Source of the DNA: Octopus bimaculoides
Lineage: Eukaryota
Assembly: GCF_001194135.2 (NCBI RefSeq)
Contig: NC_069001.1
Span: 9,743,802-9,807,801 of the forward strand
DNA: 64,000 bases
Direction of reading: 5' to 3'
Of the stretch, positions 23,965 through 35,924 are shown piece by piece (the stretch's first letter is position 1; each line of letters opens with the position of its first letter). A program made the translations under genes and the position numbers. The notes beneath the pieces are model-generated. The model did not search any database. It worked only from the letters and a program-made list of their open reading frames with translations, and was not told the origin of the DNA.

Positions 23965-24810
23965 ATAAGTGTTTGTGTTCGATCTGTGTATATATGAATA
24001 TAATCAGAGTGAGAGAGAGAGAGAGACAGAGAAGTTGGTGGTTGAGTAGAGAGGGATTAAGGCCGAAGGGTTTTCATAACCATTGTTTAGGACTGGTGTT
24101 GGATGAATGGTAAACACAAGATATTATCGAATAGCTCGATATCGGGTGAACTATATGTTACAAACACGAGTATTACACTCCTGGCACATGTGTTTATATT
24201 ATATATCACGTCATGCTCTATAGAAGAAGCGAGAATGAGAACGAAAGGCAAGGAGTCTGAAGAAGAAGAAGGGAGAGGTTAAAAGATGCATAAGTGAATT
24301 TATATCTATATATANNNNNNNNNNNNNNNNNNNNNNNNNNNNNNNNNNNNNNNNNNNNNNNNNNNNNNNNNNNNNNNNNNNNNNNNNNNNNNNNNNNNNN
24401 NNNNNNNNNNNNNNNNNNNNNNNNNNNNNNNNNNNNNNNNNNNNNNNNNNNNNNNNNNNNNNNNNNNNNNNNNNNNNNNNNNNNNNNNNNNNNNNNNNNN
24501 NNNNNNNNNNNNNNNNNNNNNNNNNNNNNNNNNNNNNNNNNNNNNNNNNNNNNNNNNNNNNNNNNNNNNNNNNNNNNNNNNNNNNNNNNNNNNNNNNNNN
24601 NNNNNNNNNNNNNNNNNNNNNNNNNNNNNNNNNNNNNNNNNNNNNNNNNNNNNNNNNNNNNNNNNNNNNNNNNNNNNNNNNNNNNNNNNNNNNNNNNNNN
24701 NNNNNNNNNNNNNNNNNNNNNNNNNNNNNNNNNNNNNNNNNNNNNNNNNNNNNNNNNNNNNNNNNNNNNNNNNNNNNNNNNNNNNNNNNTATATATATAT
24801 ATATATATAT

Positions 24811-25024
24811 TCTTTTAGTGCTTCGGTCATTTTGATTGCGGCCAAGCTGGGGCATGGCCATTTAGTCGAAGAGATCGACACCTGCACTTATTCTTGCCTG
24901 GTACTTATTCTATCGGTCTGTTTTGCTGAACCAATATGCTACGGGGACGTAAACACACCAAGATCGGTTGTCGAGCGATGTTGGAGGGACAGACACGGAT
25001 ACACACACACACACACATACACAT

Positions 25025-25065
<41 letters not shown>

Positions 25066-25135
25066 CGACAGACTTCTTTCAGCTTCCGTCTACCAAATCC
25101 ACTCACAAGGCTTTGGTCAACCTGAGGCTATAGAA
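24811..25135 (-). mobile_element. SINE family B, 5'-truncated
   Basis: Tail through the internal microsatellite to the CAAATCCACTCACAAGGCTTTGG segment. Confidence 0.8.
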
Positions 25136-25914
25136 GAAGGAACTTTACAACATTTAACTTGAGATAAACATAGCTGCCCTAACATACAATTTCCTGAAAT
25201 GCCTAAGCTGCTTCTACTATTTTAAAGTCCATTAAAGACATACCATAAGGCCACAATTTTTCATGCACTTGGAAGTAGGCATTTTCCATGACNNNNNNNN
25301 NNNNNNNNNNNNNNNNNNNNNNNNNNNNNNNNNNNNNNNNNNNNNNNNNNNNNNNNNNNNNNNNNNNNNNNNNNNNNNNNNNNNNNNNNNNNNNNNNNNN
25401 NNNNNNNNNNNNNNNNNNNNNNNNNNNNNNNNNNNNNNNNNNNNNNNNNNNNNNNNNNNNNNNNNNNNNNNNNNNNNNNNNNNNNNNNNNNNNNNNNNNN
25501 NNNNNNNNNNNNNNNNNNNNNNNNNNNNNNNNNNNNNNNNNNNNNNNNNNNNNNNNNNNNNNNNNNNNNNNNNNNNNNNNNNNNNNNNNNNNNNNNNNNN
25601 NNNNNNNNNNNNNNNNNNNNNNNNNNNNNNNNNNNNNNNNNNNNNNNNNNNNNNNNNNNNNNNNNNNNNNNNNNNNNNNNNNNNNNNNNNNNNNNNNNNN
25701 NNNNNNNNNNNNNNNNNNNNNNNNNNNNNNNNNNNNNNNNNNNNNNNNNNNNNNNNNNNNNNNNNNNNNNNNNNNNNNNNNNNCTATGAAAGCCTCGCTT
25801 CCAGAAACGTGCAGCACACTCCCCCACCGACTGTCTACCACGGCTCCGCCTCCACCGCCCGAGCATGCCGGAACACAGTCGGGTCCCCCTCCCCCCGGGA
25901 TGCAGATATGGGAA

Positions 25915-26207
25915 CCGATATTAAGGAAGGATAGGAAAATATTAGATTTATAAGCCCTAAAATTCACTCCATAATTGCCCACGGGCATATGGTTAAGAGC
26001 ACGAGCTACTAACCCCAAGACTCCGAGTTCGATTCCAGGCAGTGACATGAATAATAATAATTACATCGAAAAATACCTTAGGAATGAGGACCCAGGTTCG
26101 GAATTTCCCCAAGACACCTGATGAAGGCTGGAGGGTATGTCAGCCGAAACGTTGTATTAACAACAAACAAGATGAGAACAAATATCCGTCAAATGTAAAT
26201 AATGTAA
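25915..26207 (+). mobile_element. Family D element: upstream segment, tRNA-like cassette, (AAT)n, hammerhead, (TGTAAATAA) tail; Penelope-like terminal repeat derivative
   Basis: Modules are shared with the copies at 16130-17018 and 52343-52625. B-box GAGTTCGATTCC at 26025-26036. Confidence 0.8.
26113..26158 (+). ncRNA. Minimal type I hammerhead ribozyme motif
   Basis: Stem I GACAC/GTATT (one mismatch), core CTGATGA 26118-26124 plus one extra A, stem II GGCTG/CAGCC with a 10-nt loop, GAAAC 26146-26150, GTT cleavage triplet, loopless palindromic stem III AACGTT. Activity untested. Confidence 0.7.
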
Positions 26208-26239
26208 CTAATATTGATTTCTAATTTTGACCGAAAACC

Positions 26240-26430
26240 AGCAATTTCAGGGCGCGGGGTGAGTGGAAGACATCGATCCCAATGATCAACTGGTTCTTAT
26301 TTTATCGACCCCGAATTGATGAAAGGCAAAGTCAACCACAACGAAATTTGAACTCAGAACATGAAAACGGGTGGAATACCGCAAAACATTTTGCCCGGCG
26401 TGCTAATGATTCTGCCAGCTCGCCGCCTTA
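26240..26430 (-). mobile_element. SINE family A
   Basis: TTTATCGACCCCG...GATGAAAGGCAAAGTC...GATTCTGCCAGCTCGCCGCC. Confidence 0.85.
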
Positions 26431-27149
26431 AATGATAGAGAAGCAATACCTATTGGCCTAATAAGCAGATATATTAACTTCTGCTTGATTTCTATTCCCG
26501 ATAGCATCAATTTCGGCTGATATCTATTTAATTTTTACAATCTTTTTAATTATCTTCATTAGTTATCTGAAGCTCTGAAATAGCAAATAAGAACAACACA
26601 AACAACAAAGAATAATTGCGTACATTCCTGCGCGAAAGTTCTGTTGATTAGTCATGGAGAAAATGATCTTAAACGTATTATGATGGAGAAAAGGAAACTG
26701 ATTGAAGATAAACAAATGTGTCTTAATATTTAAATATGTTGAGTGGGAGAAATAGCTAGCGAAAGTTGTCTGTCAGCAAAAAATCGTTCTACACAAAGGT
26801 CAAGTTCCGGGGCAATGTCTTAAATTGAAGTGTAAAAAGGTCAGCAAATCAAAACAAAATTCGAAAAGACTTTTGGTGGTTTACTGCGTTGGCGAAAATA
26901 TATTTGTTTACTAAAGTTTGTATTCCTGCAAGGGACGAGAATCCGAATGTTTTGAAAGATCAAGTTTTAACTGTCGGTCCACAACATGCTGATGTATGCA
27001 CATTACGAAAACCACCCAACTATAAGACTTGCACTGATATGATATAATATGCTATCGATTTGTGTCTTATATTGGTGCAGGGCAGCACATCTGTAGAGAG
27101 GCAGCGAGAGATGGGAGATATAATTGATTTAATGTAACCCGTTGTATAC

Positions 27150-27680
27150 TTTCTGAGTTCAAATTCTACCGAAGTCGACTTTGAATTTCGTCATTTCAGT
27201 GTCGATAAATTAAGTACAAGTTGTGTCGATCTAATCGACAGGTCCTTTCCCGCAACATTTCTGGCCTTGTTCCTAGAGTAGAAAAGAATATACCCCGTTG
27301 TATGACTGGTACTAATTTGTAGACTTTAATATAAAAAGGTTAATGAGATTTCTTTGTGGGAAATGAAATGCAAATATTATTTCGATAAGATTTCAACTTA
27401 GGGCTTCCAACACGGTTTCTCGATCATTTAGATTTACCATACTTAATTTTCAACTTCCTGCAGCGAGCTGACAGAATCGTTAGCACGCTGAACGAAATGC
27501 TTAGCGGTATTTCGCCCGTCGCTACATTCTGAGTTCAAATTCCGCCGAGGTCGACTTTGTCTTTCATCCTTTCAGGGTCGATAAATTAAATATCAGTTGA
27601 ATACTGGGGATGGATATAATCGACTTACTCCCTCCCTCCCCCAAAATTTCAGGCCTTGTACCTTTAGCAGAACGGATTAT
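27150..27680 (+). mobile_element. Two SINE family A copies (27150-27290 partial; 27462-27680)
   Basis: TTCTGAGTTCAAATTC...GTCGACTTTG...GTCGATAAATTAA...GGCCTTGT motifs. Confidence 0.85.
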
Positions 27681-27709
27681 TATTATTATTATTATTATTG
27701 ATATTGCTA

Positions 27710-27936
27710 TTGGGTTGTCCGGAAAGTTCGTGCCGATTTATAGTAGCTTACCTTTCGACTCATTTGCCATGGAACCACTTCAATTCGGGGAAGAGGATAT
27801 TTTCAAGTTAAAGGTACGATGGAGACGCATTGTGCAACAAATTGATTTATATTTGGTTGATTAAAAATGTCATGGCAAGTATTTATTGACCCTTTCTTTC
27901 CTTTAAAAATCGGCACGAATTTTCCGGACAACCCAA
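27710..27936 (+). mobile_element. Internally deleted mariner (MITE), 227 bp
   Basis: TIRs TTGGGTTGTCCGGAAAGTTCGTGCCGATTT and AAATCGGCACGAATTTTCCGGACAACCCAA, TA on both sides. Retains the transposase C-terminus DIFKLKVRWRRIVQQIDLYLVD*. Confidence 0.92.
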
Positions 27937-28984
27937 TATTATTGTGGTTGTTGTTATTACTGGATTTTGTTATATGATAGAAAATTTCGCCATATCAAAT
28001 AGATGTATACGATTTATAATAAATTAATATAGATTAAAACAAATTATAGTTTATGTAAAATTACGGTTTCTGAAATATTATTGTTTACTGCATATTTTAA
28101 ATAGTTTTCGTTTATCGTGCTGTTCGTTAAGCTATATATGTATCCATATTTTTCTTTACACACACACATACACACTCCTATAAGCCCACATACGTGTATA
28201 CAAAAAGGGGTTGTGACGGAGACGGGGTACTTTTAAATTAGGCTAAAATTAGGCTTTCCTTTTTATCTTAAAAGTTTTATTCAAGTAGAACTAATTAATG
28301 ACCAGATGGCAAATCGTTTAAAAGAAATAAAGAGTATGATGAATGTACTAACTTGGTAATGTAACAGTTAATGAAAAAATATTCTGTTACCAACAGTTTT
28401 AATGATAACTTATGAAATATAATATAGTGAAACTAAGCGTTTTATCGCCGCATGGTTTAGTGCGATTGAAAAGTCGATTTACTTTTTGAAAAAAGAATTA
28501 TCATAATATAAGGAAATGTACGAAATATATGCTGGAAGCTGAAAAAAAATTTGCAATTTGTAATTATAAGGAATTTGTGTGTGTTAATTGTGGTTAGCAG
28601 TAATGGAATTTTAAGGTCTGTTTAAATGACGTTTTTCATGATTGAATCCAACTTGAACATCTAAATAAATTTAAACATATATATCCGGTTAATAACATGT
28701 TTGATAATGTACACACAGACACACACACACACGTATATGTTCTGTGAATGTTTATGTATTAAAATATTTTTATAGTTAATATATAACTGAAAAACGACGA
28801 AGTTAATCGTAACGTTTTAATATTATAACGTGTCTAAAAACAGCTAGTGGAAAGGATAATGGTTATTCCACAATTGTTTAAGCATGCATAGAAGACAGGG
28901 AAACCCAAATACATAAAATATACGCATGTGTAAATGTTTGAGTGTGTGTCTGTGTGCATGTATATATATATATAAATATATATA

Positions 28985-29222
28985 CAGTAATCGCTCACCA
29001 TATCGCGGTTCACCTGTCGCGGTTCCCCTACAGTTGCGATTCATTTAACGTGCATTATTATTTAAGTTTACGTCGATTCCTCTGAGGTGTTGGCTTGCGT
29101 TTATAATGCAATAAATGTATACAAATTATAACGAAAAAAAAAAACTTACTGTACAGTACTGTTTCTGCTTCGCAGATTTTCATTTATCGCAGTAACACCT
29201 GCGATAGTCGAGGAATTGCACA
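28985..29222. mobile_element. Tigger/pogo-like MITE
   Basis: TA+CAGTAATCGCTCACCATATCGCGGTTCACC left end; degenerate right end GCGATAGTCGAGGAATTGCA. Confidence 0.6.
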
Positions 29223-29255
<33 letters not shown>

Positions 29256-29309
29256 CGCACACTCTCATATATATATATATATATATATTATTATGCTTAA
29301 TGGTATTTT

Positions 29310-29748
29310 GCCCGCCGCTACGGTCTGAGTTCAAATTCCGCCGGGGTCGACTCTGCCTTTCATCCTATCGGGGTCGATAAAATAAGTACCAGTTTCGCAC
29401 TGGGGTCGATGTAATCGACTTAATCCCCTTCCCGCAAGCTGCCCGTGCCACAAAAATTATTATCATTATTATCAAAATTATTATAATAATAATTATCATC
29501 ATCATCATTATTATTTTTAAAGGTGGTCAGCTGGCAAAATCATTACCGTGCCGGAAAAAATGATTAGCGATGCTTCTTCCGATTTCGTGGTCTTAGTTCA
29601 AATGCCACCGCGGTCGACTTATCCTCTTATCCTCTCGAGGTCGATAAAATGAGTACCAATTAAGCACCGGGGACCGATGCAATCAACTAGCTCTCTCTCT
29701 CTCTCTCTCTCAAAATTTCAGGCATTGAGCCTACAGTGCGAAGGATTT
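29310..29748 (+). mobile_element. Two SINE family A copies (29310-29455; 29520-29748)
   Basis: GAGTTCAAATTCCGCCGGGGTCGACTCTGCCTTTCATCC...GTCGATGTAATCGAC; the second copy is more diverged. Confidence 0.85.
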
Positions 29749-30284
29749 TTATACTTGTTACTCTACAATATTTCAACTTGATATTGCAGTAAATTGTTCT
29801 TAAAAGTATTTCCAAATGGGAAACACTGATGTTTTGAAGTAAGAAAATGATCTGTAGTTAGAGAGGAAACGACATCGTTTTCATCAGTACGGCACATGTG
29901 GATGTTACTTTAAAAATTACTAAAGTATATGCAGCTATATCATTCATTTCGTGTTAGGTATATATTTTATCTTCTCGTGATCATTACTTCTCATTAAGGT
30001 CTCATTAAAATAGGAACCATTATCTTTTAATGTTCTTTCATTAATTGAGATTCAAAATTTCGATTGCGATGTCTCTTACGAGAATATTTAATAATTATAG
30101 ATTTAGTTTAGATAAAATTATTTATTTTCTATAAGGATACATTAAGTTTATTAAGGTGGGGGAAATAATGACAATGGTTAAAATTTAGAACAAGCTCAAG
30201 AAAATTAACCATTTGTATTTTTCTATCAAACGTGCCTTGCTATACTCAAAAAGACCTGTTCTCCACAGAAGAATTGTCAGTGCT

Positions 30285-30537
30285 ACGTCACCTGCCGAGG
30301 TGCCACTAAAAAACCACCCGTACTGGCGACACATAAAAGGCACTAGTGCTGGCTCCACGTAATAGCAGCTGTGCCTGTATCAAGTAGAAAGCATTAGGAA
30401 GGACATCCAGCCGTAAAAACCAAGCCAGTCAGACTCTACACTGGTGCAAGCCTCTGGCCTTCTTGACCAACTCTGGTCAAACCATCCAACCCATGCCAGC
30501 TTAGAAAACAGATATTGAAATATCATGATGATGAGGA
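30285..30537 (+). mobile_element. Diverged retroposon 3' end with (GAT)n tail (RTE-type LINE/SINE tail)
   Basis: TTAGGAAGGACATCCAGCCGTAAAAAC...CCAACCCATGCCAGC...ATGATGATGA. Resemblance to RTE-related tails is from memory; single copy in the window. Confidence 0.45.
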
Positions 30538-30984
30538 CGGTTATATATGATGGTGTGATAGTGAGGTAGTAATTCCTACAAGTTTTCCAAGTTCTATATC
30601 AAACGCAGTGGAATCAATGGTAGTGAAAAAAAAAAGTCATCCTGTTGTAAGGCACTACATATATTCGGGAAATACTTATTTAATTAATTTAAGAGGAATA
30701 ACTTCAGCAAAGCAGTAACCTAAGCTGAATCGAAGTGTCCGTAGTAACATCAAAATTCTCTAATCTAGACTTTATGCACTTTTCACATCTGCAATTACTA
30801 TAGCATTTACATTGAAGTAAGAATTATTTGCTGTTAAACTCATGTTTGAAATTCAGCACTGCAATCGGTAGATAATTCGTAGGAAAAACATATTTTAAAA
30901 ACACGTACACACATACACGCATAACAGATCTATATAGGTCTATGTATATATGCACATATATATGTATATGTGTGTATATAGGGT

Positions 30985-31200
30985 CACATTGTTTTACATG
31001 CTCTAGTCATTTGATTGCAGCCATGCTGGAGCACATGTTTTTGTGGGCTTTAATCGAACAAATCAACCTCAGGACTTATATCTTAAAGCCTAGTACTTAT
31101 TGTCTCTGGATCTCGTTTGCCAAACCGTTAGGTTATAGGAACATTAACAACCCAGCAACGGTTGTCAAGCTGTGATAAGGGCACAAACAGCGACACAACG
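30985..31200 (-). mobile_element. SINE family B 3' half
   Basis: GTCATTTGATTGCAGCCATGCTGGAGCAC...AAGCCTAGTACTTATT...GGTTGTCAAGC, running into a microsatellite and a gap. Confidence 0.8.
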
Positions 31201-31343
31201 ACACATACCCATAGAAACACACACACACACACACACACGCACACTCATATACACACACACAAACACACTCATGTATGATGTATATATACATACATATATA
31301 TACATATATACATATATGTATACATATATACATATATACATAT

Positions 31344-31390
<47 letters not shown>

Positions 31391-32373
31391 NNNNNNNNNN
31401 NNNNNNNNNNNNNNNNNNNNNNNNNNNNNNNNNNNNNNNNNNNNNNNNNNNNNNNNNNNNNNNNNNNNNNNNNNNNNNNNNNNNNNNNNNNNNNNNNNNN
31501 NNNNNNNNNNNNNNNNNNNNNNNNNNNNNNNNNNNNNNNNNNNNNNNNNNNNNNNNNNNNNNNNNNNNNNNNNNNNNNNNNNNNNNNNNNNNNNNNNNNN
31601 NNNNNNNNNNNNNNNNNNNNNNNNNNNNNNNNNNNNNNNNNNNNNNNNNNNNNNNNNNNNNNNNNNNNNNNNNNNNNNNNNNNNNNNNNNNNNNNNNNNN
31701 NNNNNNNNNNNNNNNNNNNNNNNNNNNNNNNNNNNNNNNNNNNNNNNNNNNNNNNNNNNNNNNNNNNNNNNNNNNNNNNNNNNNNNNNNNNNNNNNNNNN
31801 NNNNNNNNNNNNNNNNNNNNNNNNNNNNNNNNNNNNNNNNNNNNNNNNNNNNNNNNNNNNNNNNNNNNNNNNNNNNNNNNNNNNNNNNNNNNNNNNNNNN
31901 NNNNNNNNNNNNNNNNNNNNNNNNNNNNNNNNNNNNNNNNNNNNNNNNNNNNNNNNNNNNNNNNNNNNNNNNNNNNNNNNNNNNNNNNNNNNNNNNNNNN
32001 NNNNNNNNNNNNNNNNNNNNNNNNNNNNNNNNNNNNNNNNNNNNNNNNNNNNNNNNNNNNNNNNNNNNNNNNNNNNNNNNNNNNNNNNNNNNNNNNNNNN
32101 NNNNNNNNNNNNNNNNNNNNNNNNNNNNNNNNNNNNNNNNNNNNNNNNNNNNNNNNNNNNNNNNNNNNNNNNNNNNNNNNNNNNNNNNNNNNNNNNNNNN
32201 NNNNNNNNNNNNNNNNNNNNNNNNNNNNNNNNNNNNNNNNNNNNNNNNNNNNNNNNNNNNNNNNNNNNNNNNNNNNNNNNNNNNNNNNNNNNNNNNNNNN
32301 NNNNNNNNNNNNNNNNNNNNNNNNNNNNNNNNNNNNNNNNNNNNNNNNNNNNNNNNNNNNNNNNNNNNNNNNN
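31391..32373. other. Largest assembly gap (one of ~21 N-runs in the window)
   Basis: N-run. Other large gaps at 3053, 5768, 7307, 20650, 24315, 25293, 46391, 55677 and 62246; most abut simple repeats. Confidence 0.97.
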
Positions 32374-32510
32374 TGTGTTTCAGCCAAGTGGCTGCGGTCA
32401 TGCTGGTGCACCACCGTATATATATATACAAAGAATAAGTCCTGGGGTCGATTTGCTCGACTAAAGCAGGTGCCCCAGCATGGCCACAGTCAGATTACTG
32501 GATGACTGAA
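32374..32510. mobile_element. Two family B tail fragments in opposite orientation
   Basis: GCTGCGGTCATGCTGGTGCACC (minus), then AAGAATAAGTCCTGGGGTCGATTTGCTCGACTAAAG...CCAGCATGGCCACAGTC (plus). Confidence 0.7.
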
Positions 32511-32565
<55 letters not shown>

Positions 32566-32581
32566 CATATAATTATATATA

Positions 32582-32802
32582 CGAGTGAGGGTGTCCTGAA
32601 AAGTTGCAGGCTTTGGGTAGAAGAAAATATAAAAAGATCAGTCAATTATGATTTTACTCAAAATATTCCCCTCGCAGATTCACACATTTATTACAGCGGC
32701 CCTTCAATTTTTCTAAGCCTTGTAAAAGCACTGGAAATGTTGCTCCTCCAACCAGGCGTTTTGGGACACCATTAACGCCAAGAACTTTTCAGCAACCTCT
32801 CG
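32582..32802 (-). mobile_element. Mariner-derived MITE
   Basis: TA-CGAG...CTGAAAAGTT and AACTTTTCAGCAACCTCTCG-TA ends. The minus strand encodes RCNKCVNLRGEYFE*, a mariner C-terminus. Confidence 0.8.
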
Positions 32803-33105
32803 TATACATGTAAGATTATGTATGTGTATTCGGTGTATTTTTCGTATCTGTTTTCAATAATACATCATGAAATATTTTCCCGATAAATTGTTAACTAGTT
32901 AACAGTTACATAAAAATGTCTGCTTCATTAGAGAATTGTTTACATTACACAAACATGACAGCCAATTTACAGAAATGATATATCTCCAGTTATGAGAGCT
33001 AAATGTAATGAAACGCTCTACAGATTTACGAGGTTTATTCCAGAAGTTTAGAGATTTTTTATAGGAGAGACAATTAGAACTCTTTTAGCCAATTGTAATT
33101 TTAGT

Positions 33106-33476
33106 TGTTTGTTGTTGGCACTCCGTCGCTTACAACGTCGAGGGTTCCAGTTGATCCGATGAACGGAAAAGCCTGCTCGTGAAATTAACGTGCAAGTGGC
33201 TGAGCACTCCACAGAAACGTGTACCCTTAACGTAGTTCTCGGGGATATTCAGCGTGACGCAGTGTGACAAGGCTAACCCCCTTGAATTACAGGCACAACA
33301 GAAACGGGAAGTAAGAGTGAGAGAAAATTGAGGTGAAAGAGTACAGCAGGGTTCGCCACCATACCGTGCCGAATCCTCGTGGAGCTTTAGGTGTTTTCGC
33401 TCAATAAACACTGACAGCGCCCGGTCTGGGAATCGAAACCGCGATCCTATGATCGCATGTCCGCTGCCTTAACCAC
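33106..33476 (-). mobile_element. SINE family C, slightly 5'-truncated, with 12-bp TSD
   Basis: TSD TGTAATTTTAGT at 33094-33105 and 33477-33488; body matches 48632-49013. Confidence 0.9.
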
Positions 33477-34232
33477 TGTAATTTTAGTATAACATTACTA
33501 TACATCTAATAAGCTGACATATCACCTTTTGTCATTTCAGATTTAAGGAGACTGCCGTAACAGTAGTTTCAGCTGACCCTATTAAACACTGCTGGTCACG
33601 GTTGACGAATTGGCTGAATGCAGTTGGGATGTGTCATGCTAAAAATGCTTCAGCCGCAAAAGCTTCTGTATCACCTCAACAATGGGGGCTATCCGGTTGG
33701 CGCATCTTGCCAAAATTGTTTCAGATGAAATGGCTGGTAAAAATGAGTAACCCTACGATGGACCGGGGTCTCGTCCAGGTGGAGAGTATATATGCCACAA
33801 AAATTCAGAAACTGGGAACCCGGCCCTTATGAGACGTTACACTAGAGAAAATACTTTTACCTAACTTTCTCTAACTTTCAGACATACTAAATATTTATCA
33901 GACAAGGCATTTACAGAAAGTACCCAACTAGATATCGTATCGAACTGAGAAATACGTGGCTGGGTTCTGTGGCAAAATAGTTCATTACACGACTGGCATC
34001 CAAAGCTCGTTCCATAGAATATCAATCAAATAGCTGTTTATATTCAATAAAACATTATAAGATTTTATACGATATTCGTCGGTACATGCCATACTGTATG
34101 GTAATAGCAAAACAAAACAAACAACATACAGATATTAACCTAATAGCCCCCATTTGATACCGAAGTGTATCTCAAACATAATCATATGAAATGTTACGCA
34201 CAGACACTAACATCACACATTCTAGTATATAT

Positions 34233-34263
<31 letters not shown>

Positions 34264-34571
34264 CATGCATAAATATATATATATACATACATATACATAC
34301 ATACACACATAATATATATATATATATATATATANNNNNNNNNNATATATATATATATATATATATACATGCATAAATATATATATATACATACATATAC
34401 ATACATACACACATAATATATATATATATATATATATATATGAATGTGTGTATGAATGTGTCTGTACTTTTGTATATGCGAGTGTACTTTTATATGTATA
34501 TAAGTACATATATACATACATACATACATACACACACACTTACACATTTTACACACACACATACACACACT

Positions 34572-34663
<92 letters not shown>

Positions 34664-35334
34664 CATGTGTATATGGTAACCATCTAATTTGAAATCCAAT
34701 ACTAATTAATTGGTTCTCAAATTTTCTGATTAATTATAAATACAAAATTTAAATCCCACATCCACCTAATAATTTACAGAAATAATTTAATCGGTTATAT
34801 TGCTGAGAAATTCGTTTATTTTTTTTTTTTTTGCTTTCTAATTTCAATAATCATGTGGTAATTTTCATTTTGAGATATTAATTAACAATCAAATTAAATT
34901 TTTGAAAAATACTCCTCGTTGGCAATTTCCTCGGTTACATTTGGGTATAAAACTAAATCTATTAATTATTCTAATCAAGCTAGAAATAAACTGTTGTTCT
35001 GGGAGTGGGGTATCAGTTATATTTATTTTTATCAAATACTAATTAAGAATATACTCGGTCAATTATTAATCAAAATTAATCAACGTAGAATTAGTTACGC
35101 AATACACAGTACACATAAAAATCTTCAGTTGACTGTAGAGATACTCAGTCTATGATATGCATGCAAGAAACACCAGCTAAGTCTACCTCAAATGGCTCTG
35201 TATTGTCTGGAATATGACAAGGGTGGTACAGTCATATGTATTTGTAACAACGGCTGGGTGGTCACAGAAGGACCGATTTTGATCGCATATCGCCTGGATC
35301 AGTGCAGAACTATTTCAAGACAATAAAATAAACA

Positions 35335-35432
35335 GGAGTGGCTGTGTGGTAAGGAGCTTGCTTACCAACCACATGGTTCTGGGTTCAGTCCCACTGCGTG
35401 GCACCTTGGGCAAGTGTCTTCTACTACAGCCT
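35335..35432 (+). mobile_element. SINE family B head fragment
   Basis: CAGGAGTGGCTGTGTGGTAAG...GGCACCTTGGGCAAGTGTCTTCTACTACAGCCTC. Confidence 0.85.
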
Positions 35433-35924
35433 CTTTAGTTGTCTGTCTTTCTCAGTGAGACATTGTTTGTGTGTCTGTCGGACAGCTGTCAGTCTGTCTC
35501 CTCTCAGACAGACAATCTGACTCGTTCTATGCATCAATCCATCTACCTGTCTTTCTGTGTGTCCATACTTTCACGACGAGGCCAATATTTTTGGAATCAC
35601 TACTATAGAAAGCAGTTATCCAGGAATATTGTGGAAAAAAATGGTTATTGTCAGTAATCTATAACCATAATCAATATTGACTTTGACTTTGAGTTAGCGA
35701 TGAGAACTTCAAGGTAGATTTCTCCAGTTATATGTAACTATGATAAAATCAATGTCAGGTATGCACCTAAATTTGACATCATGGTGGTTGGAGTTAGCGT
35801 GTCATAGACAGAAGACATTGAAGGACATTTTGCTTTCCAATCCTAAGTTCTTATACCCACATAGAAACTATATTGGTAGTTGATGTGCGCGTGTGTGTGT
35901 GTGTATGTATGTATGTATGTATAT

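Noticed and set aside
25784-25953. GC-rich stretch ending ...GMQIWEPILRKDRKILDL* as a PLE ORF terminus
   Set aside because: Only a faint W-x-P-I-L resemblance, the upstream sequence is a gap, and no GIY-YIG motifs are visible; left unassigned.
25977-26046. tRNA gene (also the heads of SINEs A, B and C)
   Set aside because: A and B boxes are present but acceptor and anticodon stems do not close; these are repeat-embedded tRNA-derived segments.
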